A stretch of DNA of 30,939 nt, from IMG/VR virus record IMGVR_UViG_3300009037_000016, positions 1 through 30,939 of that record; one strand, given 5' to 3'. The position numbers and the translations under genes are program-made. The notes under the pieces are model-generated. The model was not told the origin of the DNA, ran no database searches, and saw only the letters and a program-made list of their open reading frames with translations. The DNA is from a virus (lineage: Duplodnaviria; Caudoviricetes). This document shows, piece by piece, positions 8,824 to 16,336 of this stretch (position 1 is the stretch's first letter; each line of letters opens with the position of its first letter).

Positions 8824-9353
8824 ATTTGTTTAGATCCAGAAGGATGTGTTTCTCTGTCTGTTTTGCAAACAGATTTGTCTGGAGAAGTTTGTGGAGGTTC
8901 TTCCTTTGTAGATCCGCATTGTATCTTACAAGCCACCGTACCCGCTGGTAAAGTGCTTGGAATTCCTCCATTTCTTTCTGGAGTTCTCGCTCCTTCAGAA
9001 AGATTTCCTCCGTGCTTGGAAGTAATAAAGGCATTTTCTTCCTCCAAAAAGTTAGCTATTGCGTCTGGAAAGGATCTCACCAATGTACCACCTTTAAAAT
9101 CTTGGTCGTAAGTAAAGTGCGCTCCACCGATTCCACGGAGCTGCTTTATTACTAAATCTAATGGCAGATTATTTCTTAGGCAAATGGATATGAGTCTCCC
9201 AATGCACTCAAATAGATCTTGATTATGTTTAGGACCGAATAAGAATACCTCCTTGATAACAGCACTCTCACTGTTTATAACAGCAATACAGGAGTGATTA
9301 TCAATGGAAATCTTATATGAACGTCCGTTGTAGTATCTAGGTCGGGGTTTCAT
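8820..9353 (-). CDS. Stand-alone TSCPD-like domain protein (class II RNR C-terminal domain homolog)
   Basis: ECIGRLISICLR...VIKQLRGIGG...VRSFPDAIA. Confidence 0.78.
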   Translation of the reverse strand: MKPRPRYYNGRSYKISIDNHSCIAVINSESAVIKEVFLFGPKHNQDLFECIGRLISICLRNNLPLDLVIKQLRGIGGAHFTYDQDFKGGTLVRSFPDAIANFLEEENAFITSKHGGNLSEGARTPERNGGIPSTLPAGTVACKIQCGSTKEEPPQTSPDKSVCKTDRETHPSGSKQI

Positions 9354-9372
9354 AGGTTTTCCGTTGTTTTCA

Positions 9373-9627
9373 CTAAAAGCTTCCTTTTATACAAGGGTTT
9401 TGTTCTGCAATGCTGAACAGCTGACTTGTGTCAGGTCTATTTCCAACCAGGTTAATCGGAATTGTCTGAAATGCCCAGCCATCTACAATGTATAGGTTAA
9501 CTCTGACTCTCTCTGGTTCTGAGGACAAAAAGCCTCTGAGGGAGTGTGTTCTTCGTAAAGGTTTAGACAACACAAGTTTGTCGGAATCCTCAAAGATTGC
9601 AATCTCATAAAAGAAGTGTAGACTCAT
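9373..9627 (-). CDS. Hypothetical protein
   Basis: Trimmed to MSLHFF start to avoid overlap; GTGGTGAG RBS. Confidence 0.5.
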   Translation of the reverse strand: MSLHFFYEIAIFEDSDKLVLSKPLRRTHSLRGFLSSEPERVRVNLYIVDGWAFQTIPINLVGNRPDTSQLFSIAEQNPCIKGSF

Positions 9628-9637
9628 CTCACCACAC

Positions 9638-9865
9638 TTAACATCCTTTCGCACTTTGTTTCTCCCTTTGTTTAAACTCTGGACATTCCCCTTCCTTTGA
9701 GTATCCTTTATAGGGACATTTCCAAGGATGGATGAAGAGAGCACAACTCTTGTGCTGGATAAATGTACTTGAAGAGATGTACCATTGGCATAGCTTCCTA
9801 CCTCTTTCCCCGACCACCACCCGCTTTATCATTTGTGGTTCAGAACCAAATTTACTTGGTCTCAC
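9638..9865 (-). CDS. Small Cys-containing hypothetical protein
   Basis: GGAGGTG RBS before a GTG start. Confidence 0.55.
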   Translation of the reverse strand: MRPSKFGSEPQMIKRVVVGERGRKLCQWYISSSTFIQHKSCALFIHPWKCPYKGYSKEGECPEFKQREKQSAKGC

Positions 9866-10202
9866 TTACATCACCTCCTTTCGTTGGTTCGAGCAGGGCA
9901 AGGGCGGTACGGATAAGATTGATTGCTGCAAGTGCATGATCTGGATCGGTTGCACCTATGTCTTGCAAGGTATGTAGAGCAACCTCACACGCCTCCACCA
10001 GCTTCGGGTGGACGTTGTGCTCACGAAAGCCTATTGCCACAAAGTCTCTTACACTTTCATAGGCAATCAACTTCCCTTGTTCCCTATCTATCCTTAACCT
10101 AATATCAAATGTTAGGTCTGGAGTTTGAAGCAACGAGTGGATTTCTACTTGGCTCTTCTTAATCTCTTGATCACAAAAAGCTACTACATCCCCTGAGTTC
10201 AT
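9852..10202 (-). CDS. Hypothetical protein
   Basis: ATGA coupling, AGGAG RBS. Confidence 0.65.
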   Translation of the reverse strand: MNSGDVVAFCDQEIKKSQVEIHSLLQTPDLTFDIRLRIDREQGKLIAYESVRDFVAIGFREHNVHPKLVEACEVALHTLQDIGATDPDHALAAINLIRTALALLEPTKGGDVSETK

Positions 10203-10420
10203 TGTTCCTCCTGTTTAGCTTCCCATTCCTTCTGAGCGTCCAAGCAGGCTTGGCAACGGATAAAATCATGAGGATTAGGGATTTTTACTATTTCTCCAAA
10301 CACCCTACACATCCATCCCCGTAATATATCGGGTGAAAAACAAACTTGCCTTTGACACTCCCCGCAGTGTATTCCGTCATCGTCACAGACGATCTTGTCT
10401 GTGGTGTAGAACTCACTCAT
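10199..10420 (-). CDS. Small Cys-rich (CxxC) hypothetical protein
   Basis: CGEC...C...RCQAC; packed operon. Confidence 0.65.
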   Translation of the reverse strand: MSEFYTTDKIVCDDDGIHCGECQRQVCFSPDILRGWMCRVFGEIVKIPNPHDFIRCQACLDAQKEWEAKQEEQ

Positions 10421-10673
10421 TGGAGATTCCCTTCACTTTCAAGATTGCTCTTGCGCAGACGATAGCGGGAGCATGTTTAGTTCTACCAGTAGGCATTGAC
10501 TCGGAAATCCAACTTTCATAGTCATCCCACTCATCTTCTGTTGTCAACAGTTTCTCTTCCGCTTCCCAAATAAGGTTGTGGTCGAGAGGTGGTGGGACAA
10601 TAGGAATACCAGTCGCAGCATCCCACCCCATCAACTCCAGCAACCGAATGTGAACCTGTCTGTCATCCAGCAT
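10413..10673 (-). CDS. Hypothetical protein (weakly ABA-sandwich-like)
   Basis: ELMGW...LDHN...APAIVCARAIL; AGGAG RBS. Confidence 0.6.
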   Translation of the reverse strand: MLDDRQVHIRLLELMGWDAATGIPIVPPPLDHNLIWEAEEKLLTTEDEWDDYESWISESMPTGRTKHAPAIVCARAILKVKGISNE

Positions 10674-10848
10674 CTTTAGCTCCTATCAGCTTGTCCAGCA
10701 GGGCTTTGAGACGGCAGTCTTTTTTATGTCCCTTATGGTTTGATGCTCCACAACAAGGACAATAACAATAATAGAAATAATCACCAGTGGAACTCCATTC
10801 GACCATCTCCAGCACCTCGATGAGCTCCTGTCGCAGCTTGTCATCCAT
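10663..10848 (-). CDS. Small zinc-binding hypothetical protein
   Basis: CPCC...H...C pattern; AGGTG RBS. Confidence 0.65.
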   Translation of the reverse strand: MDDKLRQELIEVLEMVEWSSTGDYFYYCYCPCCGASNHKGHKKDCRLKALLDKLIGAKDAG

Positions 10849-10854
10849 TGTGGT

Positions 10855-11058
10855 TCACCTTCCATCCATTAAGTAACTAATCACTTGGTTGTGAGTAATC
10901 CCATATTTCTCAGGGATTGCGAAGAAGGCTTCTTCTGTGTAAAGTGGAAACTTATCCATCATCGCATGATCAGCATTCTCAGCCTTCATGCCTTCAATCT
11001 CTGCATAGGCTGAACATATTTGAGCAAGGATGAGAATCCTGCGATCTTCAATGGTCAT
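10855..11058 (-). CDS. Hypothetical phage protein (AEIEGMKAEN motif)
   Basis: GGAGG RBS, ATGA coupling. Confidence 0.7.
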   Translation of the reverse strand: MTIEDRRILILAQICSAYAEIEGMKAENADHAMMDKFPLYTEEAFFAIPEKYGITHNQVISYLMDGR

Positions 11059-11249
11059 GGTTGTTTCCTCCGAGTCTGCATGTAATTATCAATAGCTGCT
11101 CTCACGTCTAAGAATGCACCATCTTGGCTTGTTTCGTGCAATCTCCAACCTCGTCCAGTTGTGGATTTTCGTAAGATCACCTTGCCAGTATATTCACATT
11201 TGTCTGTAAGGTTTTGGAGAAAATCTAATCTTTCTTTGTCTGTGGGCAT
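11055..11249 (-). CDS. Hypothetical phage protein (DKERLDFL...VRAAID)
   Basis: AAGGA RBS; motif pattern typical of small phage early proteins. Confidence 0.7.
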   Translation of the reverse strand: MPTDKERLDFLQNLTDKCEYTGKVILRKSTTGRGWRLHETSQDGAFLDVRAAIDNYMQTRRKQP

Positions 11250-11267
11250 CTTTTTTCCTTTCAGTTT

Positions 11268-11347
11268 CCCCGCCAGTGCGCTGAAAGCAACAGTTGAGAG
11301 TATTCACTTTGCATACGAGATAGCTCCTCGTCAGCGCACCGGCAGGG
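11268..11347 (-). ncRNA. Predicted structured RNA, three-way junction
   Basis: 17-bp closing stem CCCUGCCGGUGCGCUGA/UCAGCGCACUGGCGGGG with two G-U pairs on the minus strand; inner hairpins CGAG/CUCG and GCAA/UUGC. Confidence 0.55.
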
Positions 11348-11356
11348 TTTGGGTTG

Positions 11357-11530
11357 TTACTGTTTCATGTGTTGGTTACGTTCTTCAACAAATCGTTCAG
11401 CTTGTTCTGCGTGATCTCTATTAAAGCCAAAATCACGATTCCAATCTTTCTCCTCTGCCTCTTCTTTAATACGTCTTGAGGTGCATGAACAGACAAACCA
11501 TGGGTTTCCGCATACTGGGCAAGTCTCCAT
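11357..11530 (-). CDS. Small Cys-rich hypothetical protein (METCPVCG...)
   Basis: Trimmed from 11357..11677; AAGGAG RBS downstream of the tRNA-like element. Confidence 0.65.
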   Translation of the reverse strand: METCPVCGNPWFVCSCTSRRIKEEAEEKDWNRDFGFNRDHAEQAERFVEERNQHMKQ

Positions 11531-11559
11531 CTTCCTTCTCCTTTGTTTGTTAAAGTTTG

Positions 11560-11654
11560 TGGGGACGGCAGGATTCGAACCTGCAAAATGGTTAGTCTGT
11601 TTCGTATGCATCCTTCGCAGACCTCCATGCGTCTTCCCATTCCGCCACGTCCCC
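11560..11654 (-). tRNA. tRNA-like RNA or pseudo-tRNA, Leu-type ends, no canonical anticodon arm
   Basis: Acceptor GGGGACG/CGTCCCC plus discriminator A; D-arm GCG-GAATGGGAAGA-CGC; T-arm GCAGG-TTCGAAT-CCTGC; extended stem TGG..GTCTG/CAGAC..CCA with 18-nt loop; no encoded CCA. Confidence 0.75.
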
Positions 11655-11695
11655 GAGTTATCTATTTCCTTGGACACAAATGTACATCCATAGAT

Positions 11696-11732
11696 TTAAA
11701 GGAAGGAGGCTAGATTTAACCAGCCTCCTTCC
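11696..11732 (-). terminator. Rho-independent terminator
   Basis: GGAAGGAGGCT/AGCCTCCTTCC stem followed by TTT, just after the stop of 11752..12123. Confidence 0.75.
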
Positions 11733-11751
11733 ATTCTTGAACAGGAAGTTA

Positions 11752-12123
11752 TTACTCCCCACTATCCAGCTTCGCGAAGAACGCAGCTCTTTCTTCTTCT
11801 GACATTCCCTTCAGAAGTCTCATTGCTGCTTCCTGCGTGGTAACCGTGACGCGGTCACGCTTCGTGCCAAGTTTGTAGTTAGACATATAAGTGGCAATTT
11901 CTCCAGGGGTGCTTCCACCCTCTGCCATTGTCCTGGCTACATTCTGCAACGCTACAGTTGCTCCGGCGACGAATTGCTGGTGGACAACATTGTCTCCATG
12001 CTTATCAATCGCATCAAGAGCGTCAGTGCCAAGATCGTATTCGAACTCGATCTTGATTGGTTCTGGAAGTGAGATAAACTCCTTCCCGTCCTTTTTCCGA
12101 GTTGCCTTGCACGTGATCTTCAT
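11752..12123 (-). CDS. Hypothetical protein with C-terminal MSEEERAAF helix motif
   Basis: GGAG RBS, ATGA coupling, followed by a terminator. Confidence 0.8.
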   Translation of the reverse strand: MKITCKATRKKDGKEFISLPEPIKIEFEYDLGTDALDAIDKHGDNVVHQQFVAGATVALQNVARTMAEGGSTPGEIATYMSNYKLGTKRDRVTVTTQEAAMRLLKGMSEEERAAFFAKLDSGE

Positions 12124-12491
12124 GTGCTTTTCTCCATAGTTTTTAGAATTGTTTGCACGGACTCTGTTTCTTCTGTAATAGAGGATTCCGTGCCCTCCTC
12201 AAGAAGTGTCTTTATAAGAATGGATTTTCCACTGCCCCTTCTATTAAAGCTGTTGGAGAATCCTACATTCTTCAGGAATTCCATAGCATCACTAGTGGTC
12301 TCAAAACTCTGAAAGCCTTTGTCTTTAAGAAGATTAGCAAAGTCTGCAATGGCTCTTCTCACAAGGGAGCCTCTGCTAGGTGGAAAGGGGTTTCCCAATC
12401 TACTAGCTTTGGTGTAAAAGTCTGCGATTGTTGCTACGTCTCTAAGATCGCAACGGAGTTCTACAACCGCTGTGTTGCTGGATAGGTTCAT
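12120..12491 (-). CDS. Putative ribbon-helix-helix DNA-binding protein
   Basis: AVVELRCD strand, helix, then SRGSLVRRAIADF helix; first gene after a promoter. Confidence 0.6.
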   Translation of the reverse strand: MNLSSNTAVVELRCDLRDVATIADFYTKASRLGNPFPPSRGSLVRRAIADFANLLKDKGFQSFETTSDAMEFLKNVGFSNSFNRRGSGKSILIKTLLEEGTESSITEETESVQTILKTMEKST

Positions 12492-12548
12492 TTTTCTATG
12501 GTTTCCTGCTGGAGTTGGTTAGATAAAACCAATTTTAATGTACACTAC

Positions 12549-12595
12549 AATATAATATATTGGATCTAAGGATGCAATGTAATTGTATGTACATT
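12549..12595 (-). promoter_or_regulatory. Sigma70-type promoter with a 17-bp upstream box
   Basis: AATGTACATACAATTAC-A-TTGCAT-N17-TATATT. Confidence 0.75.
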
Positions 12596-12609
12596 ACATA
12601 ATGGATTTA

Positions 12610-12903
12610 TCAAGATAGATACAGCAGATCAAACCCTCTGTCTCGAAGTTCTCCTATAAGGGATAGAATTTTCTGCCGAAGTTCGTCTACTACAGCAGCT
12701 TCTATGTCGGGGTCACTATACGTGACATATAGATCCTCAAGACGCCAGAGGTGTCCAGAGCCTTCTGTATCATCTAAATTGGTGAAGTTCACCAGCTCAT
12801 CAAGGACTTCTTCCCCGAGAGCTGTAATGAAGTCTTGCTCACTCAAAGTGAAACAGCTTTCGCTTTCACCGACAAGCTTGTTTCTTTCAAGAGCGATTTT
12901 CAT
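12610..12903 (-). CDS. Acidic hypothetical protein
   Basis: AAGGA RBS, ATGA coupling. Confidence 0.7.
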   Translation of the reverse strand: MKIALERNKLVGESESCFTLSEQDFITALGEEVLDELVNFTNLDDTEGSGHLWRLEDLYVTYSDPDIEAAVVDELRQKILSLIGELRDRGFDLLYLS

Positions 12904-13166
12904 CGTCTGTTCCTTTCAGGTTCGAAGATTACTGGATTGCAAAGTGGAGCAACTTTATCAAGTGGTACTCCGCTTTGTACTATTACGAGGGAAATAGGTT
13001 GTGTTCTGTCAAAGGGGAATTCTGCCACCAACTTAGATGCAATCAAACGAAAGGTTGCGTGGATCTTTTTCTCCAAATCCTGCCCGTTGAAGAACTTGGC
13101 GGATATGTTGAAGTTGTGGATGATGGTTTTCTGTATTCCCTGAGAAAATTCCAAGTTTACAATCAT
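12900..13166 (-). CDS. Hypothetical protein (MIVNLEF...)
   Basis: Trimmed to the ATG overlapping the upstream TGA. Confidence 0.6.
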   Translation of the reverse strand: MIVNLEFSQGIQKTIIHNFNISAKFFNGQDLEKKIHATFRLIASKLVAEFPFDRTQPISLVIVQSGVPLDKVAPLCNPVIFEPERNRR

Positions 13167-13525
13167 GGATTTTCCTTCATCCCTTTGGTCAATAATTGAC
13201 CATAGGGATATAAATCTGGTTCGACAAGGTTGTAGACCTTCGGTATGAGGATTTTTCGTATCCACTGCGCCCTAGCCTTGTATTGTGTATGAAGACAAAA
13301 GTGGAAATGAGTTGCAGCGCAAGAACTAAATCCTAGCTTTCTATATATACAGACGCCGCAACAGACTGGAACTCTAGTATTAGCCATTCTATTAGATGCT
13401 TTACATAGTGGACAGGCTTCTCCTTTCCACCAACTCTTCTGTCTGTCTCCACCTCTCCAAAGATCGTATTTCCTGGCCGTTCTCTCCAGCAAATGTGCCC
13501 AGTAATGGGCTTCTTTGAGAGTCAT
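13163..13525 (-). CDS. Cys-rich basic hypothetical protein
   Basis: CPLC...CGVC...C pattern. Confidence 0.65.
   Translation of the reverse strand: MTLKEAHYWAHLLERTARKYDLWRGGDRQKSWWKGEACPLCKASNRMANTRVPVCCGVCIYRKLGFSSCAATHFHFCLHTQYKARAQWIRKILIPKVYNLVEPDLYPYGQLLTKGMKENP
13179..13209. repeat. Dispersed palindrome, copy 2
   Basis: ATCCCTTTGGTCAATAATTGACCATAGGGAT. Confidence 0.9.
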
Positions 13526-13529
13526 GGTA

Positions 13530-13703
13530 TTACCTATCTATTATCTTCAGTATTTCTGGTGGTAGATCACCTTTCATAACAGCAGCCTGAAGTTGCTCCC
13601 TTTCTTTTTTGGCTGCAATTTTGTGACCCTGTAGATGTATTGATCTGTTAAGGTTTTCCAAGCGTCTTCTTTCACCTGGATACTTGAACTTGTTTTTCTT
13701 CAT
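13530..13703 (-). CDS. 57-aa basic hypothetical protein (MKKNKFKYPG...)
   Basis: Not in ORF track; AAGGAG RBS, ATGA coupling. Confidence 0.65.
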   Translation of the reverse strand: MKKNKFKYPGERRRLENLNRSIHLQGHKIAAKKEREQLQAAVMKGDLPPEILKIIDR

Positions 13704-13999
13704 AGAGATATCTCCTTATTCAACCCAAGAACTTGGAATTTCTGCCATTCTTTTATGGCTTCTTGGATGGTTGTATTGACAAACACCTCTATCTTCCCAC
13801 AGCACTCCACGAAGTACTCGTGAGATACATCGGAGGAGAAAGCACTTACGTTGAGATACCACCGTGTGCTTGCTTTCTCTAACCCCATATTCACCTTCAG
13901 TTTCCCTCCGAGCTCCCTACCTATAAAGATAGGGAGCTCCTTGCTTGGTTGGAGGATTTCTACTGGAAGTGGGATGCACGTTGTGAACTTGCTATGCAT
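13700..13999 (-). CDS. Hypothetical protein
   Basis: Trimmed to MHSKF start. Confidence 0.5.
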   Translation of the reverse strand: MHSKFTTCIPLPVEILQPSKELPIFIGRELGGKLKVNMGLEKASTRWYLNVSAFSSDVSHEYFVECCGKIEVFVNTTIQEAIKEWQKFQVLGLNKEISL

Positions 14000-14474
14000 C
14001 TCTGGATTTAGCCCCCGAGATTGCTGCGAGGGTTTCTGCAGCACCGGACAGAATAATGTTTCTCAAATTGATCGTTGCTCGAGCCAAAGCTTCAGGTTTC
14101 GGATTTACTACCATCTCCAAAGCAATGAGATGTGCTATGGAACAGGCTATAACTGAAGATATCCTGTTGGCAGTTATCCGAAGTGGATCTGAAGCATCTA
14201 CAACAGGTGGAAAGAGGTCGTGCATAACCATCGTTCCACCGAGAGGCATATCTACAGACATTGTTCTTGGAGTGTCTCCTGGGGGGATTATCGATCCAAT
14301 CATTTCTGTAAATACAGAAAATGGTCTGAGAATATTGTCTGTTGCCTTGTCCAGATTATGTCTGATATCTTCTTCAGACAGCTTCATTTCTGGAGGAACT
14401 CTGGATCCACCTCCATCATCGTGAAAGGTGAAGCTCTCGTCTGAAGTCGGAGAAGTGTTGTTTTCTTCAGGCAT
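13992..14474 (-). CDS. Hypothetical protein
   Basis: AAGGAG RBS. Confidence 0.7.
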   Translation of the reverse strand: MPEENNTSPTSDESFTFHDDGGGSRVPPEMKLSEEDIRHNLDKATDNILRPFSVFTEMIGSIIPPGDTPRTMSVDMPLGGTMVMHDLFPPVVDASDPLRITANRISSVIACSIAHLIALEMVVNPKPEALARATINLRNIILSGAAETLAAISGAKSRDA

Positions 14475-14685
14475 CTTCCTTCTCCTTCTTGTTGGGAGCC
14501 CCTGTGATGACTACAGTAATAGTGTCCGGTCTATCCGCTCCCATCACCAATTTGGGAAGGTATATAGTGAGGTTCTCACCTTCATACCGGACTGAATGTT
14601 TGCAGTGTTTCACAACCTGCAATGTTTCCTTGTATTCCATAGGAATACCCCTTCTTACAATTTTATAGTGGACTTCAACTGCCAC
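14467..14685 (-). CDS. Hypothetical protein (start may be ATG at 14640)
   Basis: Packed ORF. Confidence 0.6.
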   Translation of the reverse strand: MAVEVHYKIVRRGIPMEYKETLQVVKHCKHSVRYEGENLTIYLPKLVMGADRPDTITVVITGAPNKKEKEDA

Positions 14686-14941
14686 TATTCAGTTGTTTGT
14701 ATGTTTCTGGGGTTGGGAATTGAAATTGAAGGTTCTCCTTCCTTTGAAGTTCCTTCATCTTCCTCCAAGCCTTCCTGCCTGGATGTTTCTTCCTTTTCGG
14801 AATGAGAAATTCCGAATTGTGGAAGCAGTTCCGGCAATAGTATGCTTTCCACCGATTACCCTTCTCATCCTGGCGAAAGCCAAGAACAGGGGTTATTTCC
14901 GAAGAAGAGCACTTCGGACAGGTCTGTTCATTTTTAGGCAT
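14675..14941 (-). CDS. Zinc-ribbon hypothetical protein
   Basis: GGAGG RBS before MPKNEQ; CPKC...CRNC. Confidence 0.7.
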   Translation of the reverse strand: MPKNEQTCPKCSSSEITPVLGFRQDEKGNRWKAYYCRNCFHNSEFLIPKRKKHPGRKAWRKMKELQRKENLQFQFPTPETYKQLNSGS

Positions 14942-15170
14942 TATGCCTCCTTTGTGTTTGTGTTTATGGTTCTTCTTCTTTTCTAGTGGTCGGAGCAAAA
15001 TGCTCTCGTTCCCACTTTCTATAGTTCAATTCCACGATCCTTCTTTCTAATCCATCCTCATCTTTACAATGAGGTGGATACCGGAGTCTACCCGCTGGTT
15101 TACTCCTTGTGTCCCCCAATGCAACGGAGTCCCCACCTCCTGGAAATGGAGAAAAGCGTTTGTACAAAGT

Positions 15171-15401
15171 TTATTCCTCCTCTTCAAATGGGAAGTCATT
15201 GTAGACCAATGCCTCGTGTGCAGTCTCCTCAGGAGACATACCTTCTTCGAAGGAGTCTGCATACCTATAGTCTGCCAAGTCCAAACTTGACATACCACAG
15301 ATCCGGATAAGTTCCCTATCCACCTTTGCGTGCCACTTCACGAAGGCTTCTGCCTCCTTTCCTTCCCAGCCGTCAGCATGGGCTTGCTCAAGGGAATACA
15401 T
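15171..15401 (-). CDS. Small acidic early protein (resembles DUF5419)
   Basis: AAGGAGG RBS; F..W...VD......G....DL.D..Y...FE.G.SP.E.A pattern. Confidence 0.8.
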   Translation of the reverse strand: MYSLEQAHADGWEGKEAEAFVKWHAKVDRELIRICGMSSLDLADYRYADSFEEGMSPEETAHEALVYNDFPFEEEE

Positions 15402-15450
15402 AGTATTCCTCCTTTCTATTTAAACATCCAACAACATTGGTTGTAATAAC

Positions 15451-15481
15451 ATCCCTTTGACTTATTATTGACCAAAGGGAT
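15451..15481. repeat. Dispersed palindrome, copy 3
   Basis: ATCCCTTTGACTTATTATTGACCAAAGGGAT. Confidence 0.9.
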
Positions 15482-15510
15482 ATAAACCTCTTTTATATAT
15501 CCGACTTCCG

Positions 15511-15844
15511 ATGTACATTTGTAGGCTTTGTAGCTATACCTGTAGGTGCCCTCCGACGATGAGGTGTATGTACAAGCCGCCAAAGGGATGTATGTAGATA
15601 TGTATGTGTATATATATGAATGTGTAGATATGTCTGTCTATATATGAATGTGTGTGTATGTGTATATATATGAATACAAGTGTATTTATATATAGATCCC
15701 TTTAGTTTTTATTTTTTCTCTAACTTATAATGTACATATATACATATACGCATATACGTTTTCATGTCCCTTTGTCCGCACACACATACACCTCACCTCC
15801 TGATAGCACCTACAACCATAGCTACAAAACCTACAAATGTACAT
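15511..15844 (-). repeat. Long ungapped inverted repeat (78-bp arms) enclosing a TATG-rich low-complexity spacer
   Basis: 15511-15588 vs reverse complement of 15767-15844: 62/78 identical, no gaps. Confidence 0.92.
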
Positions 15845-15857
15845 TATAATAAAGAAC

Positions 15858-15903
15858 AGGGAAAGAATAAGGATTAGACGCCACCCCTGCATCTAATCCT
15901 TAT
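15858..15903 (-). terminator. Rho-independent terminator
   Basis: AUAAGGAUUAGAUGC/GCGUCUAAUCCUUAU stem followed by UCUUU, after the 15915..16067 stop. Confidence 0.7.
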
Positions 15904-15914
15904 GGTGTTCTTAA

Positions 15915-16067
15915 TTACTTAACCTCTTTGGGCATAATAACAGTAATAACTGCTTGAGTGCCCCAGAATCTTTGAAGTTCCTCTCTAATCATATCCGCAA
16001 ATGCCTCTTTCTGGTCATCACGGATATCACTAAAGACTGTGAAATCTACATTGATTGAAAACTTCAT
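15915..16067 (-). CDS. 50-aa hypothetical protein (MKFSINVDF...)
   Basis: Not in ORF track; AGGAG RBS. Confidence 0.7.
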   Translation of the reverse strand: MKFSINVDFTVFSDIRDDQKEAFADMIREELQRFWGTQAVITVIMPKEVK

Positions 16068-16081
16068 ATGTTCTCCTGTTT

Positions 16082-16276
16082 TTACTTAAACTTCCAAGAC
16101 TTCAGGCAAATCGAGATAAGATGATGCTGATCTTTCTCGACATCATGGATGTTGATTATCCTAAGATATGGTTCCTGAACTTCTCCAGACGGCTGGATTA
16201 CAGGAATTTCCATATCACTTAAACCCTTTGACTCGAGGAACTCAGAGAGTTTAATACTTAATTCTTTGTAGGTCAT
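16082..16276 (-). CDS. Hypothetical protein
   Basis: AAGGAG RBS. Confidence 0.7.
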   Translation of the reverse strand: MTYKELSIKLSEFLESKGLSDMEIPVIQPSGEVQEPYLRIINIHDVEKDQHHLISICLKSWKFK

Positions 16277-16298
16277 GGTTCTCCTTTGTGTTTTCAGT

Positions 16299-16327
16299 AG
16301 GAGCAGGGGATAGACTCCCCTGCCCCT
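16299..16327 (-). terminator. GC-rich hairpin after the first early gene (no U-tract; terminator or stabiliser)
   Basis: AGGGGCAGGGGA/TCCCCTGCTCCT. Confidence 0.55.
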
Positions 16328-16336
16328 CTGTATATT

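Noticed and set aside
11268-11347. Hammerhead ribozyme (CUGACGA present)
   Set aside because: No GAAA after the would-be stem II, and CUGA is buried in the closing helix.
11560-11654. Intron-containing tRNA with a bulge-helix-bulge
   Set aside because: No clean 3-4-3 BHB, and removing an insert does not give a paired 5-bp anticodon stem.
1211-15310. Plus-strand ORFs in the left arm
   Set aside because: Antisense shadows of well-supported, tightly coupled minus-strand genes.
15511-15844. Invertible DNA switch or IS/MITE ends
   Set aside because: Arms differ at 16/78 positions with one-strand G-U bias, and no recombinase, transposase or target duplication is visible; not fully excluded without reads.
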